This document shows, piece by piece, positions 1 through 8,816 of a stretch of DNA of 43,550 bases. A model generated the notes under the pieces. It ran no database searches, was not told where the DNA came from, and saw only the letters and a program-made list of their open reading frames with translations. The stretch is from Candidatus Eiseniibacteriota bacterium (GTDB taxonomy: Bacteria > Eisenbacteria > RBG-16-71-46 > DASYSL01). Every line of letters starts with the position of its first letter. The first letter of the stretch is position 1. The position numbers were made by a program, and so were the translations under genes. The stretch is taken from contig DATFWU010000181.1 of assembly GCA_035259005.1 (NCBI GenBank), positions 1 to 43,550 on the forward strand, in the 5' to 3' direction.

Positions 1-459
1 CGTCTCTTCCTGCCGAGCCACCGTGGTACCCGGGGAGGCAGGAGCCGGAACCGTCCTCACCAGGCGCTGGTCGCCGCGCGTGCCGAGCCAGAAGGCGGCG
101 GTGGAGAGAAGGGCGATGGCGAGGCCCGCGGCCACGAGCTGAGGCCAGGTGAAGCTCACCACGTGCAGGCGCGGGCGCTTCGCCGGTTGGGCGATCCGCG
201 CCCCGGGCCCGGCCACGGGCTCGGACTCGGGCGCGGCCACATGGCGCGCCCCCAGGCGCGCTTCGATCGCCGGCCACAGGTCGTGGGCTGGGGATTGGTC
301 GGGCAGGGTACGCGCCTGCTCCACCACGCGCTCGAGCTCAGCGAGCGTGGCCGCGCATTCGGCGCAGCCCTCGAGGTGAAGGCCCAGGTCTCGCCGGTCC
401 TCCGACGTCAGCTCGCCGTCCAGGTAATCCGACAGCGACTCGCTCCAGCGGTCCGTCAT
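1..459 (-). CDS. Anti-sigma factor, zinc-binding ZAS type (zf-HC2), 3' end runs off the window
   Basis: My own translation of the minus strand from ATG at 459-457 gives MTDRWSESLSDYLDGELTSEDRRDLGLHLEGCAECAATL... This contains the H-x3-C-x2-C motif and a later hydrophobic segment (LVAAGLAIALLSTAAFWL). There is no stop codon down to position 1. It starts 14 nt after the sigma gene stop. It is absent from the ORF track because it is open-ended. Confidence 0.75.
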   Translation of the reverse strand, partial: MTDRWSESLSDYLDGELTSEDRRDLGLHLEGCAECAATLAELERVVEQARTLPDQSPAHDLWPAIEARLGARHVAAPESEPVAGPGARIAQPAKRPRLHVVSFTWPQLVAAGLAIALLSTAAFWLGTRGDQRLVRTVPAPASPGTTVARQEET

Positions 460-472
460 GCTCGCGTTCCTC

Positions 473-1042
473 TCATCGGTCCAGGTGACGGCGCAGCAGC
501 ATGCGTGCCCGGTGCAGCTGCGCCTTCGAGGTTCCGACCGACACCTCGAGGAGCCGGCCGATCTCCTCGTGCTTGAAGCCTTCCACGTCGTGCAGCACGA
601 ACACCTGACGCGCGCCCTCGGGCAGTTTCTCCATCGCCGCCTCGAAGTCCATCGCCAGGTCGGGGCGGGCCTGCTTGGCGGGCAGCCAGGCGAGGATCTC
701 CGGGTTCTCGGTCCGCCGACGGGCCACCGCTTGCGCGGAGCGCCAGGTCAGGATCCACCGCACGGCCACCTTCGATACCCAGGTGCCGAAGCTGGCCTCG
801 CCCCGAAACGTCCATAGCTTCTCCCAGGCGCGGATGAAGATCTCTTGCGTCAGCTCCTCGGCATGGTCGCGACCGGCCAGCCGGCAGCACAGCGAGTGCA
901 CCCGCCCGACGTGCTGTCGGTAGAGCCGCTCGAAGGCACGCGTGTCCCCCGCCGCGGCGAGCGCGACCAGCGAAGGCTCGGCTGGGACGGCGGCTTCCGG
1001 CTCTCCGGTCACGAGGGCAACCCCAGGGTCGGTGTCGCGCAT
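473..1042 (-). CDS. ECF (sigma-70 family, RpoE-like) RNA polymerase sigma factor
   Basis: 189 aa. Region 2 (FERLYRQHVGRVHSLCCRL..., QEIFIRAW) and region 4 (RQVFVLHDVEGFKHEEIGRLLEVSVGTSKAQLHRAR) are recognisable. It is followed by the anti-sigma gene. Confidence 0.9.
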   Translation of the reverse strand: MRDTDPGVALVTGEPEAAVPAEPSLVALAAAGDTRAFERLYRQHVGRVHSLCCRLAGRDHAEELTQEIFIRAWEKLWTFRGEASFGTWVSKVAVRWILTWRSAQAVARRRTENPEILAWLPAKQARPDLAMDFEAAMEKLPEGARQVFVLHDVEGFKHEEIGRLLEVSVGTSKAQLHRARMLLRRHLDR

Positions 1043-1085
1043 GCGAAAGTATGGACAGCAGTTGAGGGAAAAGGGTTTAGACGGT

Positions 1086-1213
1086 GCTCCGAAGATTGCG
1101 GATGGCCTCCAGAGGGGACCGATGGGGTGTCCGTAGGCCGGGTTTTCCCTGCCCGGGACGAACCTCGAGGCCCTGAAAACGGGGGGCTGGGGTCCATCCG
1201 CAATCTTCTGAGC
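1086..1213. repeat. Long imperfect inverted repeat enclosing ~74 nt (structured RNA or MITE-like element?)
   Basis: GAAGATTGCGGATGG (1091-1105) is the exact reverse complement of CCATCCGCAATCTTC (1194-1208). Pairing extends with single mismatches to 1086-1112 / 1187-1213. The interior contains further small hairpins (CCGGG..CCCGG). It lies between the nagZ-like stop and the sigma gene start. Confidence 0.5.
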
Positions 1214-1263
1214 ACAACGTTATTGCTACGAGAACCCCAGGAAAGCGGTTGCTCCCCGGCAGC

Positions 1264-2739
1264 TTACGCCGGCGGGCCCGAGAGTTTGAGAGCCACCGCC
1301 CGGCGCATGGATTCCCCGGGGTCGCAGGCCGAGATCCGGATGGTGGCCCGGGGGTGCTGGGCGAGGAAGGCGTCCTGGCCGAAGGCCACGAGGACGCTGG
1401 TGGCGCGGGCCGTGGCTTTGGCGAGGAGGGAGGCCTCTTCTGGGGTGGGTGCCGTGCGGCGTGCGTGCGCGAGGAGCACGTGATCGAAGCGCTCGGGCGG
1501 CGGCGCTTTGTCCCAGGCCGCGCTCTCGACGCTCCAGCCACGCTCGGTCAAGAGCGTGCTCAAGGCGGGCCCGCCGTTCCACTCCGGCTCCACCACGAGC
1601 CAGCGCGTGCGCCGGCTCGCCGCTCGAAGCGCCGAGAGATCGCCCTCCACGCCCAGCGAGCGCCCGCATAGGGAGACGAGGTCGACGGGAGCCGCGCCGA
1701 GATCGCCGGCCGGGACCGCCTGGGCCGCCGCCTCGGCGCGCTCGGTGAACAAGCGATGGATCCGCCGCTCGGCTTCGCGCACGCGCGCTTCGTCGTCCTT
1801 GGCCTCGAGGTGGCCGGTCATGGCGTCGAGCGCCTGCTCGGTCTCCGGCGTCCACGCTCCATAGAGAAGGAGATCGCAGCCGGCGGCAAAGGCCGCCCAC
1901 GCCGCTTCACCCGGGGGAAAGCCGTGCGCCACGGCTTTCATCTCCATGGCGTCGGTGATGGCCACGCCCTGATAGCCGAGGTTCTCGCGAAGGAGGGTGC
2001 GCGAGAGGCGCGGCGAGAGCGTGGCCGGCGTCGGCGTCTCGTCGAACGCGGCGTAGTGCACGTGCGAGATCATGACCAGGGGCACGCGCTCGGCCACCGC
2101 GGCGCGAAAGGGCGGGAAGTCGCGGGTCTCGAGGCGCTCGCGCGGATCGCTCTCCACCGGCAGCTCGAGATGCGAGTCGCTGCGCGTGTCGCCGTGGCCG
2201 GGAAAGTGCTTGGCGCAGGGCAGCACGCCGCCGGTGGTGAGCCCGCGCGCGAACGCGAGCGCCAGGCGCGACACCGTGGCCGGATCGGCGCCGAAGGCGC
2301 GCGGACCGATGACCGGATTCGTGGGCTCGGCGTCGACGTCGAACACGGGGGCGAAGTCCACATCGACCCCGTGCGCGTGCAGAACGCGCCCCGTGTATTC
2401 GCCGAGCGCTTCCACCTGGCGCGACGTGGCGCCACGGCCCAGGACGCGTGCGCTCGGCGGCACAGGCAAGTCCGGCGCCACCTGCGAGACGAAGCCGCCC
2501 TCTTCGTCGACGCAAAGGAGAAGAGGAGAAGGGGCGGCGAGGGCGCGCAGCTTCTCGACCAGCTTGGGGAGCGCGCCCAGCTCGCGATAGTCGCGACGGA
2601 AGAGCAGCACGCCCGCCGGCGGGGATTCGCGCAGCAGGCGCTCGAATTCCGGTGTCAGACCCACGCCACCGGGCGACAAGCCGGTCACGAAGAGCCGGGC
2701 CGCTCTTTGCCTCGTCGTCATGGCCGAAAAGGGAACCAT
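1264..2739 (-). CDS. nagZ: Glycoside hydrolase family 3, beta-N-acetylhexosaminidase (NagZ-like) with a C-terminal extension
   Basis: 491 aa. It has the GH3 signatures LLLCVDEEGG, NPVIGPRAFG, KHFPGHGDT and ITDAMEM. The start could instead be the second Met at 2721. Confidence 0.85.
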   Translation of the reverse strand: MVPFSAMTTRQRAARLFVTGLSPGGVGLTPEFERLLRESPPAGVLLFRRDYRELGALPKLVEKLRALAAPSPLLLCVDEEGGFVSQVAPDLPVPPSARVLGRGATSRQVEALGEYTGRVLHAHGVDVDFAPVFDVDAEPTNPVIGPRAFGADPATVSRLALAFARGLTTGGVLPCAKHFPGHGDTRSDSHLELPVESDPRERLETRDFPPFRAAVAERVPLVMISHVHYAAFDETPTPATLSPRLSRTLLRENLGYQGVAITDAMEMKAVAHGFPPGEAAWAAFAAGCDLLLYGAWTPETEQALDAMTGHLEAKDDEARVREAERRIHRLFTERAEAAAQAVPAGDLGAAPVDLVSLCGRSLGVEGDLSALRAASRRTRWLVVEPEWNGGPALSTLLTERGWSVESAAWDKAPPPERFDHVLLAHARRTAPTPEEASLLAKATARATSVLVAFGQDAFLAQHPRATIRISACDPGESMRRAVALKLSGPPA

Positions 2740-2843
2740 CCGCGCGGTAGCCTGTCAACGCGAAGCGCGTCTCGGTATACTACGGGGTCGCTTCGCCCTC
2801 AGGGAGGAATCAGGCAAGCCCGCGCGGCCGCCGCGCCCGACCG

Positions 2844-3992
2844 ATGATCGATCTCATTCGTCTCTCTCTAACCGATTGGCTGGGTCTTCCGCAGGACACG
2901 GGCACGCCGCTCGAGCATCTGGAAGCCGCCATGCGCTGGCTCTCTCGCGCCCAGGACGCGGTCCCGGGCGGGGGCGTCTCGCGCGGTTATACGCTCAAGT
3001 GGCAGAGCACGTACAAGAAAGCGGGCTGGCTCCCGCCCTATCCCGAGACCACCGGCTACATCATCGAGACCTTCTACGATTTCGCGGCCCGCACGAATCA
3101 GGCTGCCTATCGCGAGCGCGCCGAGCGCATGGCGCGCTGGGAGTCCGAAGTCCAGATGGCAAACGGAGCCGTGCAGGGCGCCGTGCTGGGCTTCGAGCAG
3201 ACGCCGGCCATCTTCAACACCGGGCAGGTGTGCTTCGGCTGGGCGCGCGCCTACGAAGAGACCAAGGACGAGTCGTTTCGCCGCTCGGCCCAGCGTGCCG
3301 GAGACTTCCTCGTGCACGCTCTCGACCCCGATGGCGCCTGGCGCCGTCACGGCTCGCAGTACGCGCGCGAGGGCGTGAACGTCTACGACACGCGCACCGC
3401 CTACGGGCTGGCCCGCGCCGGGCAGGCGACCGGCGATCCCGCGCATCGCGAGGCGGCGAGCCGGAATCTCGCGTTCGCGATGACGCGGCTCCGCCCCAAC
3501 GGCTGGATCGAGGAGTGCTGCCTGACCGACAATGATCGTCCGCTCCTCCATACCTTGGCCTACGCCGCCGAGGGCTGGATCGGCGGCGGGGTCATCCTGG
3601 ACGACGATCGCTTCGTCGAGGCGGGCCGGCGCGTCGCCGACGCGCTCCTCGCCAAGCAGCGGGCGGACGGCTCGCTCGCCGGCCGCTTCGACGCGGCTTG
3701 GAACGAGGCGGCGAGCTGGAGCTGCCTCACCGGCGACGCGCAGACTTCGATCTGCTGGTGGCGTCTCTTCGAGATCACGGGGGAGAATCGCTACCGCGAG
3801 GCCGGCCGCGCCATGAACCGCTACCTCCGGCGCACGCAGCGGCGCGAGGATCCGAATCCCGCGGTGGTGGGCGCGATCAAGGGCTCGCATCCTCTGTGGG
3901 GCGGCTACGGGCCGTTCGAGTACCTCAACTGGGCAGCCAAGTTCTTCGCCGACGCGCTGCTCCTGGAGATTCGATTGGACGCACGCTCATGA
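2844..3992 (+). CDS. Alpha/alpha-toroid (terpene cyclase/prenyltransferase-like six-hairpin) protein, function unknown
   Basis: 382 aa. It has repeated aromatic/Gly-rich helical-hairpin motifs (YPETTGYIIETF, NTGQVCFGWARAY, DPDGAWRR, RADGSLAG). Its stop overlaps the next start (ATGA). Confidence 0.6.
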   Translation: MIDLIRLSLTDWLGLPQDTGTPLEHLEAAMRWLSRAQDAVPGGGVSRGYTLKWQSTYKKAGWLPPYPETTGYIIETFYDFAARTNQAAYRERAERMARWESEVQMANGAVQGAVLGFEQTPAIFNTGQVCFGWARAYEETKDESFRRSAQRAGDFLVHALDPDGAWRRHGSQYAREGVNVYDTRTAYGLARAGQATGDPAHREAASRNLAFAMTRLRPNGWIEECCLTDNDRPLLHTLAYAAEGWIGGGVILDDDRFVEAGRRVADALLAKQRADGSLAGRFDAAWNEAASWSCLTGDAQTSICWWRLFEITGENRYREAGRAMNRYLRRTQRREDPNPAVVGAIKGSHPLWGGYGPFEYLNWAAKFFADALLLEIRLDARS

Positions 3993-5158
3993 GCCGTACC
4001 GCCCGGCGCACGGCGGGATTCACCGAGTCGGTGATCCGCGAGATGACGCGTCTGTGCACCGCGCACCACGGCGTGAACCTGGCGCAGGGCTTTCCGGACT
4101 TCCCCGCGCCCGAGGCGATGAAGGAAGCGGCGGTGGCCGCGATCCGTGCCGACATCAATCAATACGCGATCACTTGGGGCGCGCGCTCGCTGCGCCTGGC
4201 CCTCGCCGCCAAGATGCAGCGCGACTACGGTCTCGTCTTCGACACCGAGACCGAGATGGCGGTGACCTGCGGCTCGACCGAGGCCATGATCTCGACGCTC
4301 CTGGCACTCGTGAATCCGGGCGAGGAAGTGATCGTGTTCGAGCCCTTCTACGAGAACTACGGGCCAGACGCCATCCTCTCCGGCGCCACGCCGCGCTTCG
4401 TGCGCTTGCGCGAGCCCGACTGGGCGCTCGACCCCGACGAGCTCCAAGCTGCATTCAACAGCAAGACGCGCGTCATCATCGTCAACACGCCCAACAATCC
4501 GACCGGCAAGGTGTACTCGCGCCAGGAGCTCGAGTGGATCGCCGCACTCTGTCAGAAGCACGACGTCGTGTGCGTGACCGACGAGATCTACGAGCACCTG
4601 ACGTATGACGGTGAGCAGCACGTGCCCATGGCGACTCTGCCCGGCATGCGCGAGCGCACGGTGACCATCTCGGGACTCTCCAAGACCTACGCCGCGACGG
4701 GCTGGCGCGTGGGTTGGTGCTTGGCGCCGCCCGATCTCACGGCCGCGATCCGGAAGGTTCACGATTTCCTCACCGTGGGGGCACCGGCTCCCCTGCAGGA
4801 AGCAGCGGCCGTCGCCTTACAATTCGAGCAGGGTTATTACGCGTCGTTGGCCAAGGATTACGCGGCCCGGCGCGAGCTTCTGGTCCCGGGTCTGGAACAG
4901 GCGGGCTTTCGCACGTTTCGGCCCCGCGGGGCCTACTACGTGATGACCGACATCTCGAGTTTCGGCGAATCGGACGACGTCACGTTTGCCCGCCGATTGG
5001 TCGAAAACGGTGGGGTAGCGGCGGTTCCGGGCTCGAGCTTCTATCACGATGCGGCCAGCGGACGTCAGCGATTGCGCTTCCATTTCGCGCGCCGTCCGGA
5101 GACGATTGAGGAAGCGGTGAGGCGGCTCGTCGCGTTTCGCGCATCGGCCCGCCGGTAA
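3989..5158 (+). CDS. PLP-dependent aminotransferase, class I/II (YbdL / kynurenine-type)
   Basis: From Met at 3989: MSRTARRTAGFTESVIREM...NLAQGFPDF. It has NTPNNPTGKV and the PLP-lysine motif SGLSKTYAATGWRVGW. The track ORF 3698-5158 is a run-on N-terminal extension overlapping the previous gene. Confidence 0.85.
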   Translation: MSRTARRTAGFTESVIREMTRLCTAHHGVNLAQGFPDFPAPEAMKEAAVAAIRADINQYAITWGARSLRLALAAKMQRDYGLVFDTETEMAVTCGSTEAMISTLLALVNPGEEVIVFEPFYENYGPDAILSGATPRFVRLREPDWALDPDELQAAFNSKTRVIIVNTPNNPTGKVYSRQELEWIAALCQKHDVVCVTDEIYEHLTYDGEQHVPMATLPGMRERTVTISGLSKTYAATGWRVGWCLAPPDLTAAIRKVHDFLTVGAPAPLQEAAAVALQFEQGYYASLAKDYAARRELLVPGLEQAGFRTFRPRGAYYVMTDISSFGESDDVTFARRLVENGGVAAVPGSSFYHDAASGRQRLRFHFARRPETIEEAVRRLVAFRASARR

Positions 5159-5165
5159 GCCCCGG

Positions 5166-6836
5166 GTGAGCACCGAGGAGAGGCGGCAGCCGATGCGGAG
5201 AATCGACTCGAAAGTGGTGCGCTGGGCGGCGGTGGGCGCGCTCGCCCTGGGGGCGGGCTTCGGCAGCGCCAAGCTGCTCGGCGCCCAGGACGACCTGCGG
5301 GCCCAGCTCGATCTCTTCGGCACCATCCTCTTCCACATTCAGACCGACTACGTCGATCCCGTGGACAACGGCCCTCTGGTCGAGGGCGCGATCCAGGGCA
5401 TGCTCGAAACCCTCGATCCGCACAGCGTCTACCTGCCCAAGGACCGCTACGCCAAGTTCACCGATCAGTTCCGCGACAACTATTCGGGCATCGGCATCCA
5501 GTTCGAGATCCGCCGCGGCGAGCTGATCGTGATCGCGCCCCTCGAGGGCACGCCCGCGCAAAGGCTCGGCATCCGGGCCGGCGACCGCATCGTGGCCGTG
5601 GACGGCAAGCCGATCGTGCGCACCGTGACCAACGACGATGTGTTCAAGATGCTGCGTGGGCCCGAGGGCTCGCGCGTCGCGCTTCAAATCCGCCGTCCGA
5701 CCCAGGGCGGGCTGCTCTCCTTCGACCTGGACCGCGCGCGCATTCCGCAGGAGAGCGTCCGCTACGCGCACATGATCCGCCCCGGTGTCGGCTACGTGCG
5801 CGTCGTGCGCTTCGCGCGCGCCACCGGGGAAGAGCTGGATCAGGCGCTCGAGAATCTCAAGCAGCAGGGGATGAAGGAGTGCCTGATCGACCTGCGCCTC
5901 AATTCGGGCGGGCTCCTCGCGCAGGCGGTCGAGGTGTGCAACCTGCTCGTGCCGGCAGGACAAAAGATTGTCTACACGCGCGGGCGCAACCCGCAGGCCG
6001 ACTCCGATTACTTCGCTGACAACAACGGCGACAAGTTCACCGACGTTCCCTTGATCGTTCTCGTCGATCACGGCTCGGCGTCGGCCTCGGAGATCACGGC
6101 GGGAGCCATTCAGGATCTGGATCGCGGCCTCGTGGTGGGCACGACCTCGTTCGGCAAGGGTCTGGTGCAGAACCAGATGATGCTGTCCGACGGCTCGGCC
6201 ATGCTGCTCACGGTGGCCAAGTACTACACGCCGAGCGGCCGGCTCATTCAGCGTGACTACACCAATCGCGAGACCTACCAGACCGATCCGTTCAAGGAAG
6301 ACGCGGCTCCCGAAAGCGTGCTCGCCACGCGGCCCAAGTTCACTACCGCGGGCGGGCGCACGGTGTACGGCGGCGGCGGCATCACGCCCGACGAGATCGT
6401 GCCCTCGGACAAGATCACGCCCAAGGAGGCGGAGCTCGAGCAGGCGGCCGTGTTCTTCGAGACGGCCACGCGCGTCGGCCCGCCCCTCAAGTCTCGCTGG
6501 AGCAACTTCAACGACTTCCTCGCCAAGTACCAGCCGGACGAGTCGGCGCTGGCGGCCCTCCGCCAGGAGGCGGCGCACGATTCCGTGAGCCTCACGGAAA
6601 CCGACTGGAAGACCGAGCTGCCCTACGTCTCGCGCCGTCTCAAGGCGGAGATCGCGGGCAACCTGTTCGGCGTCGACGCCCGTTATCGAGTCGACATCAC
6701 CGGCGACAAGCAGCTGCAGCGCGCCCTCGGCATGTTCCCGGAGGCGCAGAAGCTCCTCGCCCACGTGCAGCCGATCGAGAAGAACAAGACGGCCAAGAAA
6801 GCCTCGGAAGGCGACGAGAGCGCCGGGCGGCGCTAA
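5166..6836 (+). CDS. S41 family carboxy-terminal processing peptidase with PDZ domain
   Basis: 556 aa with an N-terminal hydrophobic anchor. It has a PDZ domain (GIRAGDRIVAVDG), the catalytic Ser motif GSASASEI and the Lys motif TSFGKGLVQ. It uses a GTG start; ATG at 5193 is an alternative. Confidence 0.9.
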   Translation: MSTEERRQPMRRIDSKVVRWAAVGALALGAGFGSAKLLGAQDDLRAQLDLFGTILFHIQTDYVDPVDNGPLVEGAIQGMLETLDPHSVYLPKDRYAKFTDQFRDNYSGIGIQFEIRRGELIVIAPLEGTPAQRLGIRAGDRIVAVDGKPIVRTVTNDDVFKMLRGPEGSRVALQIRRPTQGGLLSFDLDRARIPQESVRYAHMIRPGVGYVRVVRFARATGEELDQALENLKQQGMKECLIDLRLNSGGLLAQAVEVCNLLVPAGQKIVYTRGRNPQADSDYFADNNGDKFTDVPLIVLVDHGSASASEITAGAIQDLDRGLVVGTTSFGKGLVQNQMMLSDGSAMLLTVAKYYTPSGRLIQRDYTNRETYQTDPFKEDAAPESVLATRPKFTTAGGRTVYGGGGITPDEIVPSDKITPKEAELEQAAVFFETATRVGPPLKSRWSNFNDFLAKYQPDESALAALRQEAAHDSVSLTETDWKTELPYVSRRLKAEIAGNLFGVDARYRVDITGDKQLQRALGMFPEAQKLLAHVQPIEKNKTAKKASEGDESAGRR

Positions 6837-6837
6837 C

Positions 6838-7626
6838 TCACTTCTTCGACAACTCGATGGTTGTTCCCGGCGCCAGGCCGAGCCGCGTGCCGGCGTGCGC
6901 GTCGGCGACGGCGATCTCCAGGCGGCCGGTCGAGCCGATCAAGGCGAGGGCCGTGCCGGTGGGCGCGTCGCCGTAGGTGCGCGAGAGGCCTTCGATCTCG
7001 GCCGTGCCGGCCTGCACGCGAAGCTTCGCCTTGCCGAGCCACTCGCGCAGATCCCCTTCCTTGAGATCCGTGATCGCATTGCCGAAACGATCGACGTAGA
7101 CCACGTGCGCTTGAGCCCGGTCTCCGTCGAGACTCGGCTGCGAGCGCGGCAAACGAACCGCGTCTTGTGTCAGCTCGCCCACGCTCGCGAACGCCGCTCC
7201 CTCGGCGAGGGCGGCCGCCGCCGGCGCGAACAAGTCGCGTCCGTGGAACGTGGCCGAGAGCGGGCCCGCGCCGACCCGCTCGGGATCGATCTCGCGTACC
7301 TCGGCGCCCGGCTCCTCGAGGGCCGAAGTCAGAACCCCATTGTCCGGTGCCACGAACATGCGCTCGGCGGCGCGCACGGCGATGGCGCGGCGCTCCGTGC
7401 CCACGCCGGGATCCACGACCACGACGAACACGGACTCGGGCGGATACCAGCGCCAGGTCTGCTCGAGGAGAAAGTCGGCGTGGGCCACGTCGCCCGGGGG
7501 CACGGTGTGCGAGAGATCGACGAGGGTGGATTCGGGAGCGCGCGAGAGCACGCTGCCCTTCATGGCCGCCACGTACCAGTCGGTGGCGCCGAAGTCGGTC
7601 AGGAACACGACGCAGGAGATCATCAT
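6838..7626 (-). CDS. SAM hydrolase / SAM-dependent halogenase family protein (DUF62, SAM hydroxide adenosyltransferase-like)
   Basis: From MMISCVVFLTDFGATDWYVAAMKGSVL. The family is characterised by TDFG..D.YV..MKG and ATFHGRDLFAP. The track ORF 6838-8613 is a run-on. The start overlaps the GT9 stop by 4 nt. Confidence 0.8.
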   Translation of the reverse strand: MMISCVVFLTDFGATDWYVAAMKGSVLSRAPESTLVDLSHTVPPGDVAHADFLLEQTWRWYPPESVFVVVVDPGVGTERRAIAVRAAERMFVAPDNGVLTSALEEPGAEVREIDPERVGAGPLSATFHGRDLFAPAAAALAEGAAFASVGELTQDAVRLPRSQPSLDGDRAQAHVVYVDRFGNAITDLKEGDLREWLGKAKLRVQAGTAEIEGLSRTYGDAPTGTALALIGSTGRLEIAVADAHAGTRLGLAPGTTIELSKK

Positions 7627-8720
7627 ACGGGCATCGCGGCGGGCTTGGCGGTGGCGGGCCAGGGCGTGCGGCGCGCCAGGATCTCCTGGAGGGCGTGCCA
7701 CACGAAGTCGGGGCCGATGGCGCGAAGACAGGAGGTGTGCGAGCAGACGTCGAGATCGCAGGGGCTGCACCACACGCCCGCGTACACGGCGCGGTGGCCG
7801 TGGCTCGCGGGGTAGGGGAAGAAGCGCTCGGGCTGGTTGCGGCCGAAGATGCCGACCGTCGGCGTGCCCACGGCCACGCTTACGTGCACGGGGCCGCTGT
7901 CCGGTCCCACGAACGCGTCGCACGAAGCGAGGAGGGCCGCCAGCTCGCGCAGGTCGAGGCCGGTGACGGCCGTGCAGCGGTCGCTCTTTGCGTCGGCGAC
8001 GATGCGCTGGGCGAGCGCTTCTTCGCCCGGACCTCCGAGCACCAGCACGCGCGCCTCGGCCGCCGCGCGGCGTGCCACCTCGGCGTAGCGCGTCGGATCC
8101 CATTGCCGCGTCGGCCAGCGGGCGCCGGGGTGGATGGCCACGTGGCGCTCGTCGGCCAAGAGAGCGAAGCGCGCGCGCACGGCGGCGATCTCGCGGGCGT
8201 GCACGGGAAGGGAGGGCACGGCGTGAGGGTCCACCGCCCAGCCTAGAGCGGCGATCGAAGCAAGATGCCAGCGCACCGCGCTCTTGCCCTCGTGCAGCGG
8301 ATGGCGGTTGTAGACGGCGCTCCGCCAGCCCTTGCCGCGATAGCCCACGCGCACCGCCGCACCGGTCGCCGCCGTCCACACCGCGGTGCGCGGATTGCAG
8401 AAGAGATCGAGCACCAGGTCGTAGCCTCCGCGCGCGAGCCTGGCGAAGAGCCGCGCCGACTCGCTGGCCTTGGGCTTGCGCGGGACGGCGATGATTTCGG
8501 CGAGACGAGGGTCGCCGTCGAGGAGCTGCGCGTACGGCTGCTCGGCCAGGAAGTCCACCTTGAGGCCGGGGGCGAGCCGCACGAGATGCTCGAGCACGGG
8601 CAGCACGAGGCACAGATCGCCCGCGAAGCGCGGACGAATCAAGAGCGCGCGTCGGATCGAGGCAGGATCGACCGCGCGCGACGGCTCGGGACGGGGTGGT
8701 TCGCTTGACGGCTTCGCCAT
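7623..8720 (-). CDS. Glycosyltransferase family 9 (heptosyltransferase-like)
   Basis: From MAKPSSEPP at 8720. It has LLIRPRFAGDLCLVLPVLEHL and GPDSGPVHVSVAVGTPTVGIFG, typical of GT9. The track ORF 7623-9878 is a run-on extension antisense to the next gene. Confidence 0.85.
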   Translation of the reverse strand: MAKPSSEPPRPEPSRAVDPASIRRALLIRPRFAGDLCLVLPVLEHLVRLAPGLKVDFLAEQPYAQLLDGDPRLAEIIAVPRKPKASESARLFARLARGGYDLVLDLFCNPRTAVWTAATGAAVRVGYRGKGWRSAVYNRHPLHEGKSAVRWHLASIAALGWAVDPHAVPSLPVHAREIAAVRARFALLADERHVAIHPGARWPTRQWDPTRYAEVARRAAAEARVLVLGGPGEEALAQRIVADAKSDRCTAVTGLDLRELAALLASCDAFVGPDSGPVHVSVAVGTPTVGIFGRNQPERFFPYPASHGHRAVYAGVWCSPCDLDVCSHTSCLRAIGPDFVWHALQEILARRTPWPATAKPAAMPV

Positions 8721-8816
8721 AGATTTCCTATGCTTCGACACGGATTTAAGCGGAATGCGCCCACCCTGCCAAGCCGTACCCGGGTGTGAGCCCGGGCGGC
8801 GATCCCAGCGAACCGA

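Noticed and set aside
4980-6764. Long antisense ORFs opposite well-supported genes. Examples: 4980-6764(-), 10776-12656(-), 12355-14487(-), 15222-16679(-), 25575-27428(-), 41198-42739(-), 22342-23703(-), and many 100-400 aa Arg/Pro/Ala-rich ORFs.
   Set aside because: All have Arg/Ala/Gly/Pro-dominated, motif-free translations and overlap genes with strong family motifs on the other strand. They are GC-driven artefacts.
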